DNA from: Octopus sinensis
Lineage: Eukaryota
Reading direction: 5' to 3'
Length of the DNA stretch: 64,000 bases
Assembly: GCF_006345805.1 (NCBI RefSeq)
Contig: NC_043006.1
Location: 1,984,001 to 2,048,000, forward strand
Part shown: positions 23,967 through 38,419 of the stretch, piece after piece
Layout: every line of letters begins with the position of its first letter
Numbering within the stretch: the stretch's first letter is position 1
Notes under the pieces: model-generated
Seen by the model: the letters and a program-made list of their open reading frames with translations, nothing else
Told to the model about the DNA's origin: nothing
Databases searched by the model: none
Made by a program: the position numbers and the translations under genes

Positions 23967-26900
23967 CACGTTAAGGTTTTGGTTCATTAGTTGAAACAAT
24001 AGAAGTTCATACGACTCAAGAAAATCTTTGAATACCTCCGCCCCCCCCCCTGCATCTAACCAAACTATGGAGCAGGATTGTAATGTGCCAAGACAACTCT
24101 AAGAGAAGCTGTTTATTATAGCAGTATTTACCCCCTGCCCCCCCTCTCTCATGATAACGAATTACTTGTCTCCCACAGAATTATATCAAAATGTTTATTT
24201 GTTTAGCGATCTTACATTTGTCGTGAAGAGTTCTAGAAATGTTTCAGTTTGTTACAATCGAGGGAGCTCAGGTGCTATTTTTAGCACACAACAAACATCC
24301 AGGCTACAAGTGGTACTTATCTTTCTCTTAGGTATTGGCAGAAGCAAGCACAACATCTTAACCTAGTAAAGAACACAAAGAAATTGCTGTGCCCAACAAT
24401 CTTAATCTTTGGCTTTTGTAATCTGCAGTCTTAATTATTCCTCAGTTTTAATACTTTTGCAATTTTATGAATAAATTTCACTATGAATAAAATATCGAAA
24501 ACCCAAACAGAAAAAGTCACATATGTATTTATTTCTTTATTGCCCACAAGGGGCTAAACACAGTGAGGACAAGCAAGGACAGACAAAGGGCTTAAGTCGA
24601 TCATATCGACCCCAGTGCGTAACTGGTACTTAATTTATCGACCCTGAAAAGATGAAAGGCAAAGTCGACCTCGGTGGAATTTGAATTCAGAACGTAGCGA
24701 CAGACGAAATACCGCTAAGCATTTTGCCCGACGTGCTAATGATTCTGCCAGCTCACCGCCCTTCGAGTCACATATGTATTATCACGTGACATTAATATTA
24801 TGAAATCACAAAGGCATCAAGCTGGCAGAATCGTTAGCCTGCTGGGCAAAATGCTTAGTGGCATTTCGTCCATCTTTATGTTCCGAGTTCAAATTCGACT
24901 GAAGTCAGCTTTGCCTTTCATCCATTTGGATTTGATAAAATAAGTACCAGTGAAATACTGGGGTCGATGTAATTGACTTAACCCCTTTCTTGAACTTGCT
25001 TTGTGCCAAAATTTGAAATCAATCTAATGGAATCCCCAAGGTGGCAAGTTAACAGGATTGTCAGCACACTGGGCAGAATGCTTAGTGGCATTTTGTCTGT
25101 CTTTATGTTCTGAGTTCAAATTCCACTGAGTTCAGCTTTACCTTTCATCCTTTTGGTGGGGTTGATAAAATAAGTACCAGTTAAGCATAGTTTACCTTGT
25201 TGCGATTTGAACTCAAAATGCAAAGATCCAGAGCAAATACTGCAAGTTGTTTTATCCAACATTTTATTTGAGAAGATATTCTCATTAAAAATCTCTGAAA
25301 ATGTATCCAAGGCTGCAGCAGGGGCCCTTCTACCCTGTTGTAGACACATTAAAGCCTTTCCTCTCTTTTTTTTGCACTTTTTATTGTTGTTAGCTCATCA
25401 CCATCATCATCATCATCTTCACGGTATATTTATTTAAAAAGTTCAACAAATGTTATTAACGAGAAACCCAGAGCAGCTGTTCATTTACTGACAGATTAAT
25501 TACTGTTATTATCTGTTTGTGTATGAGAATGGCTAATTCGGTGTTCATTAGTCACATACCACTCTATTCAATCATTGTACTAGTCAATAGGCCGGCAAAT
25601 AGACACACGCATTTTATGACCAAAACTCTAGGACGACTTCAATAAAATATTTCTTTTTTGTTCAACTCCCTCCTTGTATTATTGTTCTTTCATGTCAAAA
25701 TGGCCTTGGTTGTCAAGAATTCCATTATTAAGATTAGTATCCAGTTAAATATATGCTATATTACCTTACATTATAATTTGACATATCTTGGTCTACAATA
25801 TGTAGGTACATGTAACGTCACAACATGATTTTTGTCCACAATGTGTGTGTGCGTATATATATATATATATATATATTTACAATGTAATATAACTGTACAA
25901 CATGACCTAGCTATGTCTACAACAGGTATAATATATAACTATTGTAGACCATTTCCTGTGAACTCATAAGAGACGGACTGTAGATGAGGAGGACTTTTAC
26001 TGCAGACTAGTTATTGAACAGGTCAGCAAAAAAAAGGGACTTCCAGTTTGGTGGCAAACAAGGCCTAGGGTTGAATGGCAGATCAAGTCCTCTCTCATAT
26101 TGCAGGTGATTAACACAGAGAATAAACAACACTTTAACACATTCTCGTTTGTGATTAATTTTTATGTTTTGCTTAACAAGGTCTATACTGTCACCATTGT
26201 TTGAACATTTACTTTTCCATGCTTGCATAGGGCTGTTGGAATTGGTGTATATAACTATACAACATGGTATAACTGTAAAACATGACCTAGCTATGTCTAC
26301 AACTTGCATGTGGCTGTGTGGTAAGCAGCTTGCTTATGAACCACATCGTTCTGGGTTCAGTCCCACTGCATGGCACCTTGGGCAAGTGTCTTCTACTATA
26401 GCCTCAGGCCAACCAAAGCCTTGTAAGTGTATTTGGTAGATGGAAACTGAAAGAAGCCCGTCGTATATATGTATGTGTGTATATATGTTTGTCCCCCCAA
26501 CATCACTTGACAACCGATGCTGGTGTTTTACGCCCCTGTAACTTAGCAGTTCGGCAAAAGAGACCGATAGAATAAGTACTAGGCTTACAAAGAATAAGTC
26601 CTGGGGTCAATTTGCTCGACTAAAAGGCGGTGCTCTTGCATGGCCACAGTCAAATGACTGAAACAAGTAAAAGAGAAAAAAAAATAATTTGATGATTGAA
26701 GCGTATCATCATCATCATCGTTTAGCGTCCGCTTTCCATGCTAGCATGGGTTGGACGGTTCGACTGGGGTCTGTGAAGTAAAAGAGTATATATATGTTAT
26801 ATATATTATGTATATATATATGTATATATATATATATGTAATATATATATGTATATATAATATATATATATATTATATATATATATATATATATAGTATA

Positions 26901-27033
26901 TATATATATATGTGTGTATATATATTATATATATGTGTATATATATAATATATATGTGTATATATATATATATATATATAGTGTATATATATATATTATA
27001 TATATATGTGTATATATATATATATATGTGTAT

Positions 27034-27065
<32 letters not shown>

Positions 27066-27068
27066 ATA

Positions 27069-27139
<71 letters not shown>

Positions 27140-27182
27140 ATAATATATATGTGTATATATATAATATATATATATATATGTG

Positions 27183-27214
<32 letters not shown>

Positions 27215-27281
27215 TATGTGTATATATATATATAATATGTATATATATATATATATATATATGTGTATATATATATATGTG

Positions 27282-27313
<32 letters not shown>

Positions 27314-28132
27314 TAATATGTATATATATATATATATATATATGTTATATATATATATATATATATAGTATATTATATATTATATATATATATATGCCTG
27401 GAGCCTTGCTATAACTTAAGAAGACCCAGATTCCACAGCAGAAGTGTTATGGCTGGGCTACAGGTGAAGAGGATTGGCCTGCAAAAGTCCTGTACTCTGG
27501 TGTCATGTAAAAGCGCTTGGGCAGTGCCACATACAAGTGCTCATGTGGTGCCACATGACAACACCCAGCACACTCTGTAAAGGTGTTGACATTAGAAAGG
27601 ACATCCATCCATAGAAACCATTCCAAATCCGACTGGAGTCTGGTGAAGCTCTCCGTCCAACCCATACCAGCATGAACAAATGATGATGATGGTTTATCGT
27701 TGTTTTAACCTTCACTTTCCTATGCTCACATAAGACAGACGGAATTTGTCAAGACAGATTTTTCTATGGCCAGATGCCCTTCTTGCTACTAACCCTCACC
27801 TGTTTCCAAGCAAGTCAGTCAAAGAGTGAATGATCTGAGCAGCATAGTTACAAGCCTTTTTGTTTAGAAAGGTCAGGCAACATGTCAATTCAGTGTAAGA
27901 AACCCAGTTGTGCTTTCATGGTTGACTGCAAGCATACAACATGACCTGTATTGCTGGTGAGGCTCTTGTTTTGTTTACAAACAGCAAATGCACATAATGA
28001 CGAAGCAAACAATATGAATTCATTCACAGAAATGTATACATGCAGGACACACACACATACATTCATGTATAATATGGATGTGTGTGTTCTACATAAGTTG
28101 AGAAATGGTTATGAATGAAAATTCTGTAAATA

Positions 28133-28402
28133 TAATTATAAGCTTAGGCTTATAAGCATTCACTGTGTATTGGCTATGGAAAATAGTTTAATCCTGGGGC
28201 ATATAAGCTCTTGATAGAAAAAAAAAGTTGTTATTAGTACATGTAGGAATTGAATCCCCACCTCTTATTTTCATAAATGTTGGTTCAATTCCCACAAGTA
28301 TTAATATCCATTTTTTTTTTGACAAGGGCTTATAGGTCCCATTATTAAACTATTTTCTACAACCAATATACAGTGAATGCTTATAAACTTAAGTTTATAA
28401 TT
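28133..28402. mobile_element. MITE with about 58-bp imperfect TIRs
   Basis: TAATTATAAGCTTAGGCTTATAAGCATTCACTGTGTATTGG...; reverse complement at the right end. Confidence 0.7.
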
Positions 28403-29451
28403 ATTAATGTATGGAGTGAGAGAGAGAGAGAGAGAGAGAGAGGCAGACAAACAGACAGATGACATTGGAGATCAGCAAAGCCTTGCAGCTTGCTGTTTCC
28501 CTGTTGAACTGTCCAACCCACACCGGCATGGAAAGCAGTCATAAAATGATGATGATGTTTGATGTAGATGTATATATATACCTGTCTACCAGTTTCACTG
28601 AGAAGGTTTCGCTCAACCCATGGCTATAGTATACTATATACAGTATAGTATTCTTTTATTTGTTTCAGTCATTTGACTGTGGTGGCCATGCTGGAGCACC
28701 GCCTTTAGTCAAACAAATCGACCCCAGGGCTTGTTCTTTTTAAGCCTAGTACTTATTGTATTGGTCTCTTTTGCTGAACCACTAAGTTACAGAGACACAA
28801 ACACATCAGCATTGGTTGTTAAGTGATGGTGGGGGAACAAGCACTGACACAAACATTCGAGCGAGGTCGTTGCCAGTGTCGCTGGACTGGCTCCTGTGCA
28901 GGTGGCACATAAAAAGCACTATTTGAGCATGGCCATTGCCAGTACTGCCTGACTGGCCCTCGTACCAGTGGCACATAAAGCACCCACTACACTCTCAGAG
29001 TGGTTGGTGTTAGGAAGGGCATCCAGCTGTAGAAACTCTGCCAGATCAAGATTGGAGCCTGGTGCAGCCATCTGGTTCGCCAGTCCTCAGTCGAATCATC
29101 CAGCCCATGGCATGGAAAGTGGACGTTAAACGATGATGATATATATATATATATGATGGGCTTCTTTCAGTTTCTGCCTACCAAATCCACTCACAAGGCT
29201 TTGGTTGACTTGAAGCTATAGTAGAAGACACCTGCCCAAAGTTCCACCCAGTGGGACTGAACCTGGAACCATGTGGCTGGTAAGCAAGCGACTTACCACA
29301 AAGCCACTCCTGCACCTAACAACATTCTTGCAGCAGGAGCAAACCCATTACTGTGTATTTCCAAAGTGAATTTCTTAACATGTATAAAATATTCATATAT
29401 ATAAATATACAACATGACCACAACATGTGTGTTTAACTATACTATACATTG

Positions 29452-29844
29452 TCTATATATATAAAGCTGAAGTTGTCTGTGTGTCGCAGGTTTGGTAGCC
29501 TTCAACTAAAACTATCTCCTCCGAGACCCTGTGGCGCAAGTTGACCAAAATTGAGAGTATGATAGAAGAAGGCTTGCTCTGCCTTCCGTAGAAGATAAAA
29601 TTCAAATTGGACCATGTTAACACCAAAAAAATTATTTACATAAAAAAAATGCTTTTTTTTCTATGAAAATCCCTATTTTTTATGATTTTTTCACTGCTGT
29701 GTCGCCACTTTTCGGTGTATTTCAACCAGAAAAATGTTCCCTTAAAGAGAATGACAAGCTACATAATGCAAAATTTTTACTTTTCAAAAATTCCAATTCT
29801 AAAGGATCGAAACGAACCCGAGCAACGCCGGGCAATACTGCTAA
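29452..29844 (+). mobile_element. Non-autonomous Helitron, same family as 16617-16990
   Basis: Colinear with 16617-16990; TCTATATATATAAAG...CCCGAGCAACGCCGGG...CTAA. Confidence 0.85.
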
Positions 29845-30961
29845 TATATTATAAAGCAAGACATAGCTATACCTATTACAAGTGTAAGTTCATGTTTTCC
29901 CTAGTCTTTGTGTGTGTTCGCTGTATGTAAACAATGGCTTCTCAGAAGGGTGTTATTTGTTTACATGTTGTTGTTATGTTGCATGATTTCTCACTGTCAT
30001 CATCGTCATCAATTAACATTCATTTTACATGCTGGCATGGGTTGGACTGTTTGACCAGAGCCAGCAAGCAAAACAGCTGCATCAGGTTCCAGTTTGATGT
30101 GGCTTGGTTTCTACTGCAAGACGCTCTTCCTAACACCAACCACTTTACAGGGTGTGTTGGGTGCTTCTACATGGTGCCAGCATGGGTACTTTTTATGTGG
30201 CACCAGCACAGGGCTCTCACAGGCCAATCATCTTCAGTGGCAGGGAGTGGCATTAACCATTCCGTTGTGGAGGACAGATCCTCTGCCTACCATATTGCAT
30301 AACTCTACATCATCTTGAGGAACAAGATCGTTGTGTTTCATTATGTCTTGCTCTCAGCTATGATTTGAAACTAGGTTAGAGACTAGATTTGCCAGAAACT
30401 TAATGGTTTGTCTTAGTGAGACAAATATTGATTTTTAAATGATATTGATTTTAAATAATATAAAACGACAGACTTTCCTCACTGATTATAACTGCTGAAA
30501 CATTAATCATCTGTCCATAATCTTACCAACACAGGTGACCCCCACCCTCCGTCCTCTTGCACACACACACACCAACAAATATATAAATTTGATTAAATAG
30601 AAACTAATATTAATACATAGTATTAGGTGCAGGCATGGCTATGTGGTTAAGAAGCTTGCTTCCAAATCTTGTGGTCTTGAGTTCAGTCCCAGTGCATGGT
30701 ACCTTGGGTAAGTGACTTCTGCTATAGTCTCAGGTTGACCAAAGTCATGTCAGTGGATTTGGTGCACGCGTGCACACACACATACACATATGTATATGTG
30801 TGTTTGTGTGTGCCCTTTCTTAAGCACCTCATCATACCATTACCATACAAGCAAGGTTGTTTGATTCCAGTCTTATGTGAAAAACATGTCTAGCTATGGG
30901 GGAAATAAATAAATAAATATATATATATATACATGGATATAGCTTGGAAAATATATATGTA

Positions 30962-31805
30962 CTAGCAGAATTGCCCGGCGTTGCTCGGGGCTGAATTGCT
31001 TGAAAGTACTGTTAATGATTGCACTGAATTATGATGATTATTCAGGCAAATATTGATATAAGCTTACGGTGGGAGATAAGGACTTAACGATCAAATGTGT
31101 GCCATTGCATTGTTTTGGGGGAACCAAATTTCTGATGAGCATTATAGGGGCACCAACTTTAAGTTTGAGAAAGTGTGGTGGTAGTCCAGGGTGCTCAAAG
31201 GAATTGAGTACCTCTATTGGATAGTTGATGACGTCCTCTGGGTCAGGAGTTGTATCGATAGACTGATATACATAGACTTCCCCAGGAATGATTTTAGCAT
31301 TTCATCATTAATATGGTGAACAGTTTTATTCCTCGGGACCAGTATAGCCTTTTTGCCAATCCAATCCATATTCTGATAATTAGCTTGTAGATCTGGGAAC
31401 ACTGCATCTCTGAGATCAGAAGGCATCTTAACAATGGTACAAATGGAATCGATGGCAATATTACCATTTTCATTCCCTGGTATTTTGCCTTCGCCAAGTG
31501 CAAGGAGGGTGTGAGGAAATGCTGCTGATGTGATATTACGTCGCATATGAGCACGCATATTGGTGTGAAGTTTGAGAGTTACTTCCGTTTATTTTAAAAA
31601 ATATGCATTAAAATGGGAAAAAATGATGGTAAATTATTTGTAAAATCATAGACTCATCGTAGACGCGCGCTAATACCCAGAAGGGCTCGATATGAATCAC
31701 GACTATAAGATACCCGGTTTTGGTTAAACTGCATCGCAAAATGTGGGAGTAGTTAGGAATCTAAATCGGAGTAGACAGACACACAACCTTTCTTTTATAT
31801 ATAAA
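30962..31805 (-). mobile_element. Internally deleted Helitron retaining a PIF1-type helicase fragment
   Basis: Minus-strand 3' hairpin plus CTAG at 30962. Frameshifted peptide LLALGEG...VFPDLQANY...KAILVPRNKTV..IN / NYPIEVLNSFEHPGLPPHFLKLKVGAPIMLIRNL..PKQCNGT. Confidence 0.92.
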
Positions 31806-31806
31806 T

Positions 31807-32370
31807 ATTTTCGTCCTAAAAAACTATGTATGGATTGAATGGTTACCTCTATGGAAATATATACACGCACATTATACATACATGTGTGTATAGATGAATA
31901 TATAAATACATTTAAATATCTATATACACTTTTGGGCGATCTTTCTGTTTCTTAGAGATAACTTTAGATCTTATTTTCGTGCTAAAAAACTTTGTATGGA
32001 GTGAATGGTTACGTGTATGGAAATATATACACACACGTTATACATACATGTGTGCATAGATGAATATATAAATAGATTTATATATCTATATACACTTTTG
32101 GGCGATCTCTGTGCTACTTAGAGATAACTTTAGATCTTATTTTCGTCCTAAAAAACTTTGTGCGGAGTGAATGGTTACGTGTATGGAAATATATACACAC
32201 ACATTATACATACATCTGTGTATAGATGAATATATAAATACATTTAAATATCTATATACACTTTTGGGCGATCTTTCTGCTACTTGGATATAGGGGCGAT
32301 GTTTCGCTTGTCGTAGCACACGTTTCCGTCGATTTCCGTAAAAAATGTAAACACTGAATCGGTCATACAT

Positions 32371-32401
<31 letters not shown>

Positions 32402-32880
32402 TACACACACACACACACATACATGCATACATACATATACACATAAACCGAGTAAAAAATTTCAGTTATCTCTCTCTTTCACACATTACTCTCTCTGTCT
32501 CTTCACACACACTAACAGAAGCACTTCACTTACACAACATACTGTCTGTCTCCCACACTCCATCAAACACACACACACACATACATGTACATTAATGCGT
32601 TCCATGCACGGTAACTTCAAAAGAACTTCCCTCGTCATACAATCGCTTTCTCTTAGTCTCTTTCGCTCTCATTACTTATGTAAAAAAATAATTTTTTTAC
32701 GGAAATCGACGGAAACCTGTGCTACGACAAGCGAAACATCGCCGATATAGGTCTTATATTCGTCCTAAAATACTTTCCTGTCACACACTCACGCACACGC
32801 ACGCACACACACACACGCACCCTCACACACACACACACACTCACACACACGCACGTTAGCTTACAATTTTATTTATATAT
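31807..32880 (-). mobile_element. Helitron-like element with 3 x 166-bp tandem units and 50-bp internal inverted repeats
   Basis: Units start at 31807, 31973 and 32139. Inverted repeats lie at about 32295-32345 and 32693-32742 around microsatellites. The minus-strand start is TATATAAATAAAATTG-like. Confidence 0.55.
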
Positions 32881-33274
32881 TTGCGTGTCTATGTGTGTAA
32901 AGAGGAAGTGGCAGACTGAAAGAGTCACTCACTACAAAAGGTGAATTACTTTCATTTTATTTGTTGCACACTGTGTGTGTGCGTGTGCGTGTGGTGTAAA
33001 ACACATTAAGAAAAGCATTTGACATACACACCAGAATGTGAGTTTTCTGTAAATTTTGCTTAATTGGAATTTAAATTTTAAAAAGTGGACCTGGCAAAAC
33101 CCAATGCATTCTACTCTTAAAAATGCTAAGTAAATTGTAATTGAAGAAATCCTATATTGTAGATTTCTATAACTGACAAAGGGAGGCAGATAAAATCTGC
33201 TTTTATAATAAGATATATATATATATATATATAAATAAATGGTGTTGAATGCAGGTGTTATTCAATTTCTTTTA

Positions 33275-33360
33275 CTTTTGACATATGTTTCGAAGACAAC
33301 ATTGGTTTTATTCCAAAGGAATAAACGGTGTAAAATAATGTAATCTTCTCATCAAGAAAG
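33275..33360 (-). ncRNA. Hammerhead-like motif with a long stem II, decayed
   Basis: CUUUC-UUGAUGA-GAAGA...UCUUC-GAA-ACAUAUGU-C/AAAAG. Confidence 0.5.
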
Positions 33361-33513
33361 AAAGAGAACCCATCCCAACAACAAGACATTATAACAATTT
33401 TGATGACTGCATAAATGATAAACAGAACATTATTAAGTATTTAAAAAAAAAAACGTTAATAGATCTGACGTCAAAGGCAGACCATAGGAAGAGAAGGGAT
33501 AAAGAAATAAGTA

Positions 33514-33549
<36 letters not shown>

Positions 33550-34224
33550 TTGGCAACAGGAAAGGCATCCAGCTGTTAGAAATCTGCCTCAACAAATTGT
33601 GTCTGACCCATGCCAGCATGGAAAAGAGGATGTTAAATGATGGTCATGATGACGAATACTATATGTCTATTGTGAATACAAGGGTGAGGGATATTGAAAT
33701 ATGAATTGTCTTTTTGAACACAAAGATATGGGATAATTCTGGATTGGGTATTATTTTGATATTTTACTCCATTGTGCAGAACAACACATAACAGGTATTT
33801 TAACCATTTGCCATTCAAATTACTCTGTCAAATGCAATGGTTATATTCTGTTATTTGTTTCAGTCATTTGATTGTGGCCATGCTGGAGCACTGCCTTAAA
33901 GAATTTTAATCGAAGAAATCAACTGCAGGATTTATTTTTTGTAAGCGTAGTTCTTATGCTATCACTCTCTTTTGCTGAACTGCTAAGTTACAGGAATATA
34001 AACACACCAACACCAGTTGTCAAGTGATGGTCGGGAGACAAACACAGGCACACACATACACACAATGGTCTTCTTTAAGTTTCTGTCTACCAAATCCACT
34101 GACAAAGCACTGGTTGGCTTGAGGTTATAGCAAAAGACACTTGCCCTAAATGCCACACAGTGGGACTGAACCTGAAGCTACTTGCTTGGAAAGCAAGCTT
34201 CTCAACCACACAGCTATATCCATA

Positions 34225-34301
<77 letters not shown>

Positions 34302-34304
34302 TTC

Positions 34305-36290
34305 ATCATCTTCATCATCGTTTAACGCCTGTTTTCTATGCTTCCTAATGCCAACCACTCCGAGAGTGTAGTGGGTGCTTTTTATGTGCCACTGGCATGG
34401 GAGCCAGTCAGGTGGCACTGGCAACAATCACATTTAAATGGTGCTTTTTACGTGCCACCAGCATGGGACCAGTCAGGCAGCACTGGCATTGACCAAGTTC
34501 AGATGGTGCTTTTTATGTGCCACTGGCACAGGTGCCAATCAGGCGGTACTGTCATCGGCCAAATCAATGGCTTCACTTGACTCATCAGGTCTTCACAAGC
34601 TCAGTTTATTGCCCAAAGATTGAAGGGTACTCTTAAATGGGCTGGTTACGCTGCACTGGCATAGGCCAAAAGGTTATGGTCTCACTTGGCTTACTGGGTC
34701 TTCCAAGCACAGTATATCTCCAATGGTCTCAGTCACTTGTCATCGCCTCCATGAGACCCAACGTTCGAAGGTCATGCTTCACCACCTCATCCCAGGTCTT
34801 CCTGAGCCTACCTCTTCCACAGGTTCTCTCTACTGCTAAGGTGTGACACTTTTTCACATAGCTGTCCTCATCCATATGCAATACATGACCATACCAGCGC
34901 AATCATCTCTCTTGCACACCACATCTGATGCTTCTTAAGTCCAACTTTTCTCTCAGGGTGTTTACACTCTGTTGTGTATACATAATGACATTACACATCC
35001 AGCAGAGCATACTAGCTTCATTCCATGTAAGCATGTCCCCTACAGTCATGGTCCATGTTTTACTGCCATGTAGCATGGTTGTTTGCTCACATGCGACATA
35101 CAGTCTACCTTTACTCTGAGCAAGAGGCCCTTTGTCACCAGCAGAGGTAAGAGCTCTCTGAACTTTGCCCAGGCTATTCTTATTCTAGTAGCTACACTCT
35201 CAAAGCATCCAACCCTGCTACTGACTTGGTCACCTAGGTAAAAGAAGCTATCAACTACTTATAGTTTTTTCCCCTGGAATGTGATGGAAGCTGTTTTCTC
35301 ACACATTTTCAGTGTTTATTGCTCCTGAGCATTTGCCACACACAAAACTATCTTCCCAGTTAGCATTCTTTGATATTGCTACTCCTCTTGTGTGTCCATA
35401 CCTTACACTGGGTACATCTTATGAAGTTTCTACCTACACCTTTTCTACAGATCGAGCAGGGCCATCTACCTGAAGGGATTTGTGATTTGTCTGCCTTCCT
35501 ACTTTTTAAGACTTTGTTTTTTGCTAGACTGACTCTAAGGCCCTTCAATTCTAGACCTTGCTTCCACACCTGAATCTTCCCCTCTAGTTCTCATAGTGAT
35601 TCAGCTATTAGAGTAAGGTCATCAGCATAGAGAAGCTCCCAGGGGCATCCTGTCTTGAATTCCTCTGTTCTTGCCTGGGGACTATGATGAACAAAAGGGG
35701 GCTGTGCACTGATCCTTGGTGGACCCCTACTTGGAAGTCTTCACTTGGAATTCCTCACCTTACTGACAGCATCCCTGTATATGGCTTATACAGTTCTCAC
35801 TAACCACTCATCTATCCCTAGTTTCCTCATTGACCACCAGATAAAGGATTGGGGGACCCTGTCAAAGGCTTTCTCCATGTCAAAGAAAGCCAGGTACAGG
35901 GGTTTATCGTTGGCTAAGTATTTCTCCTGCAGCTGTCTTACCAGAAATATAGCATCAGTGGTGCTTTTCCCTGGCACAAACCCAAACTGCATCTCATCTA
36001 AACTGACTCTCTCCCTAATTAGTTGGCTAAATAAACCTGTCTCCTAGCTTTCCCTCTGGCAGTCTGATACAATTCCCTGCTGCCACCGTTCTTCTAGTCC
36101 TTACATGCCTGTTTATTTTCCCTAATGGCCCTGTCAACTGCATTGCTCCACCACCACATTACCTTGGGGTGAGAGGGGACTTTGCACCATCCATGGATCT
36201 GGTCAGGTTGTCCCATAGGAATCTCCAGTTGTGGGAAGGGCGAGTGCACTGTGAAACAGCAAAAACTCAGGCTGCCAGCATAGAAAACAT
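34305..36290 (-). mobile_element. Decayed RTE LINE with an internal deletion near 36025
   Basis: ORF fragments QFGFVPGKSTTDAIF, WPCSICRKGVGRN and WWWSNAVDRAIRENK; same 3'UTR hairpin units and tail. Confidence 0.92.
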
Positions 36291-37214
36291 TAATAATAAT
36301 AATGAGATAGAATTGGGCTTTTGAATTCTTAACTAGAGCTACAACCAAGAGTTTTTGGTCAGCCAAACTGTGACAAAATTAGATAAATGACAATAGTAAA
36401 TGAGTGTGAAAGAGAGGGAGGAAGAGGGAAGGTTGGGTTGAGCGAAGGGATCTTGAGTTTTTTCCTCTAAACATATGGATTGGAAGATGAAACTGTGTTT
36501 ACATTGAGAGATAATGAAATGAAATAATAAAGTAATTATAATCTGCGCTGAAAAGAGGTTTTAGATGTGTACTAGATTGGAAAACATGTTGCTTATCTGA
36601 ACATCTTCTGGTTTCTACTCCATGTGGTGGGGTATTAAAATATAAGGTAGTGGAATCTGAATGAACTGGTTTATATAGGGTGGGGTGGAAGGTGTGGAGG
36701 TAAAATGTTAGGAGAAGAAACTGAGAGGGAGAGAGGGACCAGAGTTTGGCTGGTCGAAGACAGAACATGGAGAGACAGAATGAAGTATGAGTGAGTCTGG
36801 TTGCTTTCTTTGGCCATAGCCATATTTGCAGTTTGTTTTGGTCATTGAGTCCTACCACTTACCGACCTTATTCAAGTGATGTACCGATCTTTTGCCAGCT
36901 GACCACATTACTGAAGACATAACAGAGAACACCTGGTCCTTGACCTTCTCAGAACTATATGTCCTTTCTTCCCTCCTTTCTGTCTACATTATTATCTTAA
37001 TCAGCCACTTAACCCTCGACAACATAATCAAGAACATGGTCACTCAGCATATAATACACACATAGTTTGAGTCCCATTCATAAACTGCTCTCTCTTTTCT
37101 CTCTGAAACTGGTGTTTGTAATATCTACAATCATTTATAGTAAAACCTCAGCTGTTAATTTCATCTCTTGCTACTTTTTCAGAATTTCTCATTCCATTAT
37201 TCTATTTATTTCAG

Positions 37215-37382
37215 GAAATTATTGGGTACCGCCTTAACAAAAAGAAAAAGTTTTTCTACTGGATTCTGACAGTGCTTTCTCTAGGATTTCTGCACCTTTT
37301 CTGCTACTGGTTGCCTAGATATTATCTTTATTTAACATGTGACACTTGTTCATTAGAGGAGGCTGAAAACGTTCTACTCCAG
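37215..37382 (+). CDS. ATP13A3: ATP13A-like exon (EIIGYRLNKKKKFFYWILTVLSLGFLHLFCYWLPRYYLYLTCDTCSLEEAENVLLQ)
   Basis: 168 nt, phase 0-0, tttcAG/GTaaat. Encodes the P5-ATPase N-terminal membrane hairpin with the GY...G.L.L..YW.P.....C..C.L..A..VLL pattern. Confidence 0.93.
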
Positions 37383-38368
37383 GTAAATTGTATTCTATGT
37401 ACTTCTGTTTTTTGTTTTTTTTAAATAAACTTTATTGCAACCCCTTTTTTTTTACCTCCATGTTAGTATGGAACACTGTTGGTTGTCACCAGAACATTTA
37501 GTTTTACAGCTGGGTCACATTTCTCTTGCTAACCTCACGGTTTTTAAGGAATGCAACATATTTTGTCAACTCGGAGTTGTCCACTTGGTTTAACATCACT
37601 ACTCGGCACTTATCTAAATTTGATCTCAATGACTCAACCAGTGGCATGTAAAAGGCACCATTCGAACAGGGCTGATGCCAGTGCTCCCTGCACATCATAG
37701 CATAAATCCACCATCTTCAGGTAAAATTTTAAACAGGTATAAACAGGTGAAGTAAGGCCTTGATGATAACATATTCAACAACATGTACACATGCATATAT
37801 ATATATATATATATATGCATGGACGTTGTTCAGCTGAGCTCTCTTTTCTGGTTCCTCCTTTAAGAACTTATCAGCAATCAACTAGACTTGCATCCAATTC
37901 TCATCAGTACACTCTGTAAGCTCCTAAGTGTTGTAAAGCACTTTACACTACCAGTTTCTTCCCTCGCACTTCTGAACTTTGGAATTTCCTTCCACAGTCT
38001 TGTTTTCCTCTTTAATAAGACCTCCAGTCTTTTAAGTCTAATGTACATCATAACCTGTTGACTTCAGTCTACCATCCATTTTATCCTAGTAGCTCTTTAT
38101 GTTTTCGGTAGTCTAAGGACTTTGTAACAATCGAATGCTTTCAAAAAAGGGAAAAAAATGTCTGTGTGTTAGGAAGGGCATCCAGCCATAAAACCCCTGC
38201 CAAAACAGATACAGTAGCCTTGGGTCGTCTTCTACCTGGCTGGCTCCTGTCAACTGTCCTTCCCATGCATGGAACATGGACATTAAATGATGATGATGGT
38301 GATGATGTATATATATGTATATATATATATACACACATATGTATACACATGCATACATGTATATACAC

Positions 38369-38409
<41 letters not shown>

Positions 38410-38419
38410 ATCTTTGTGG

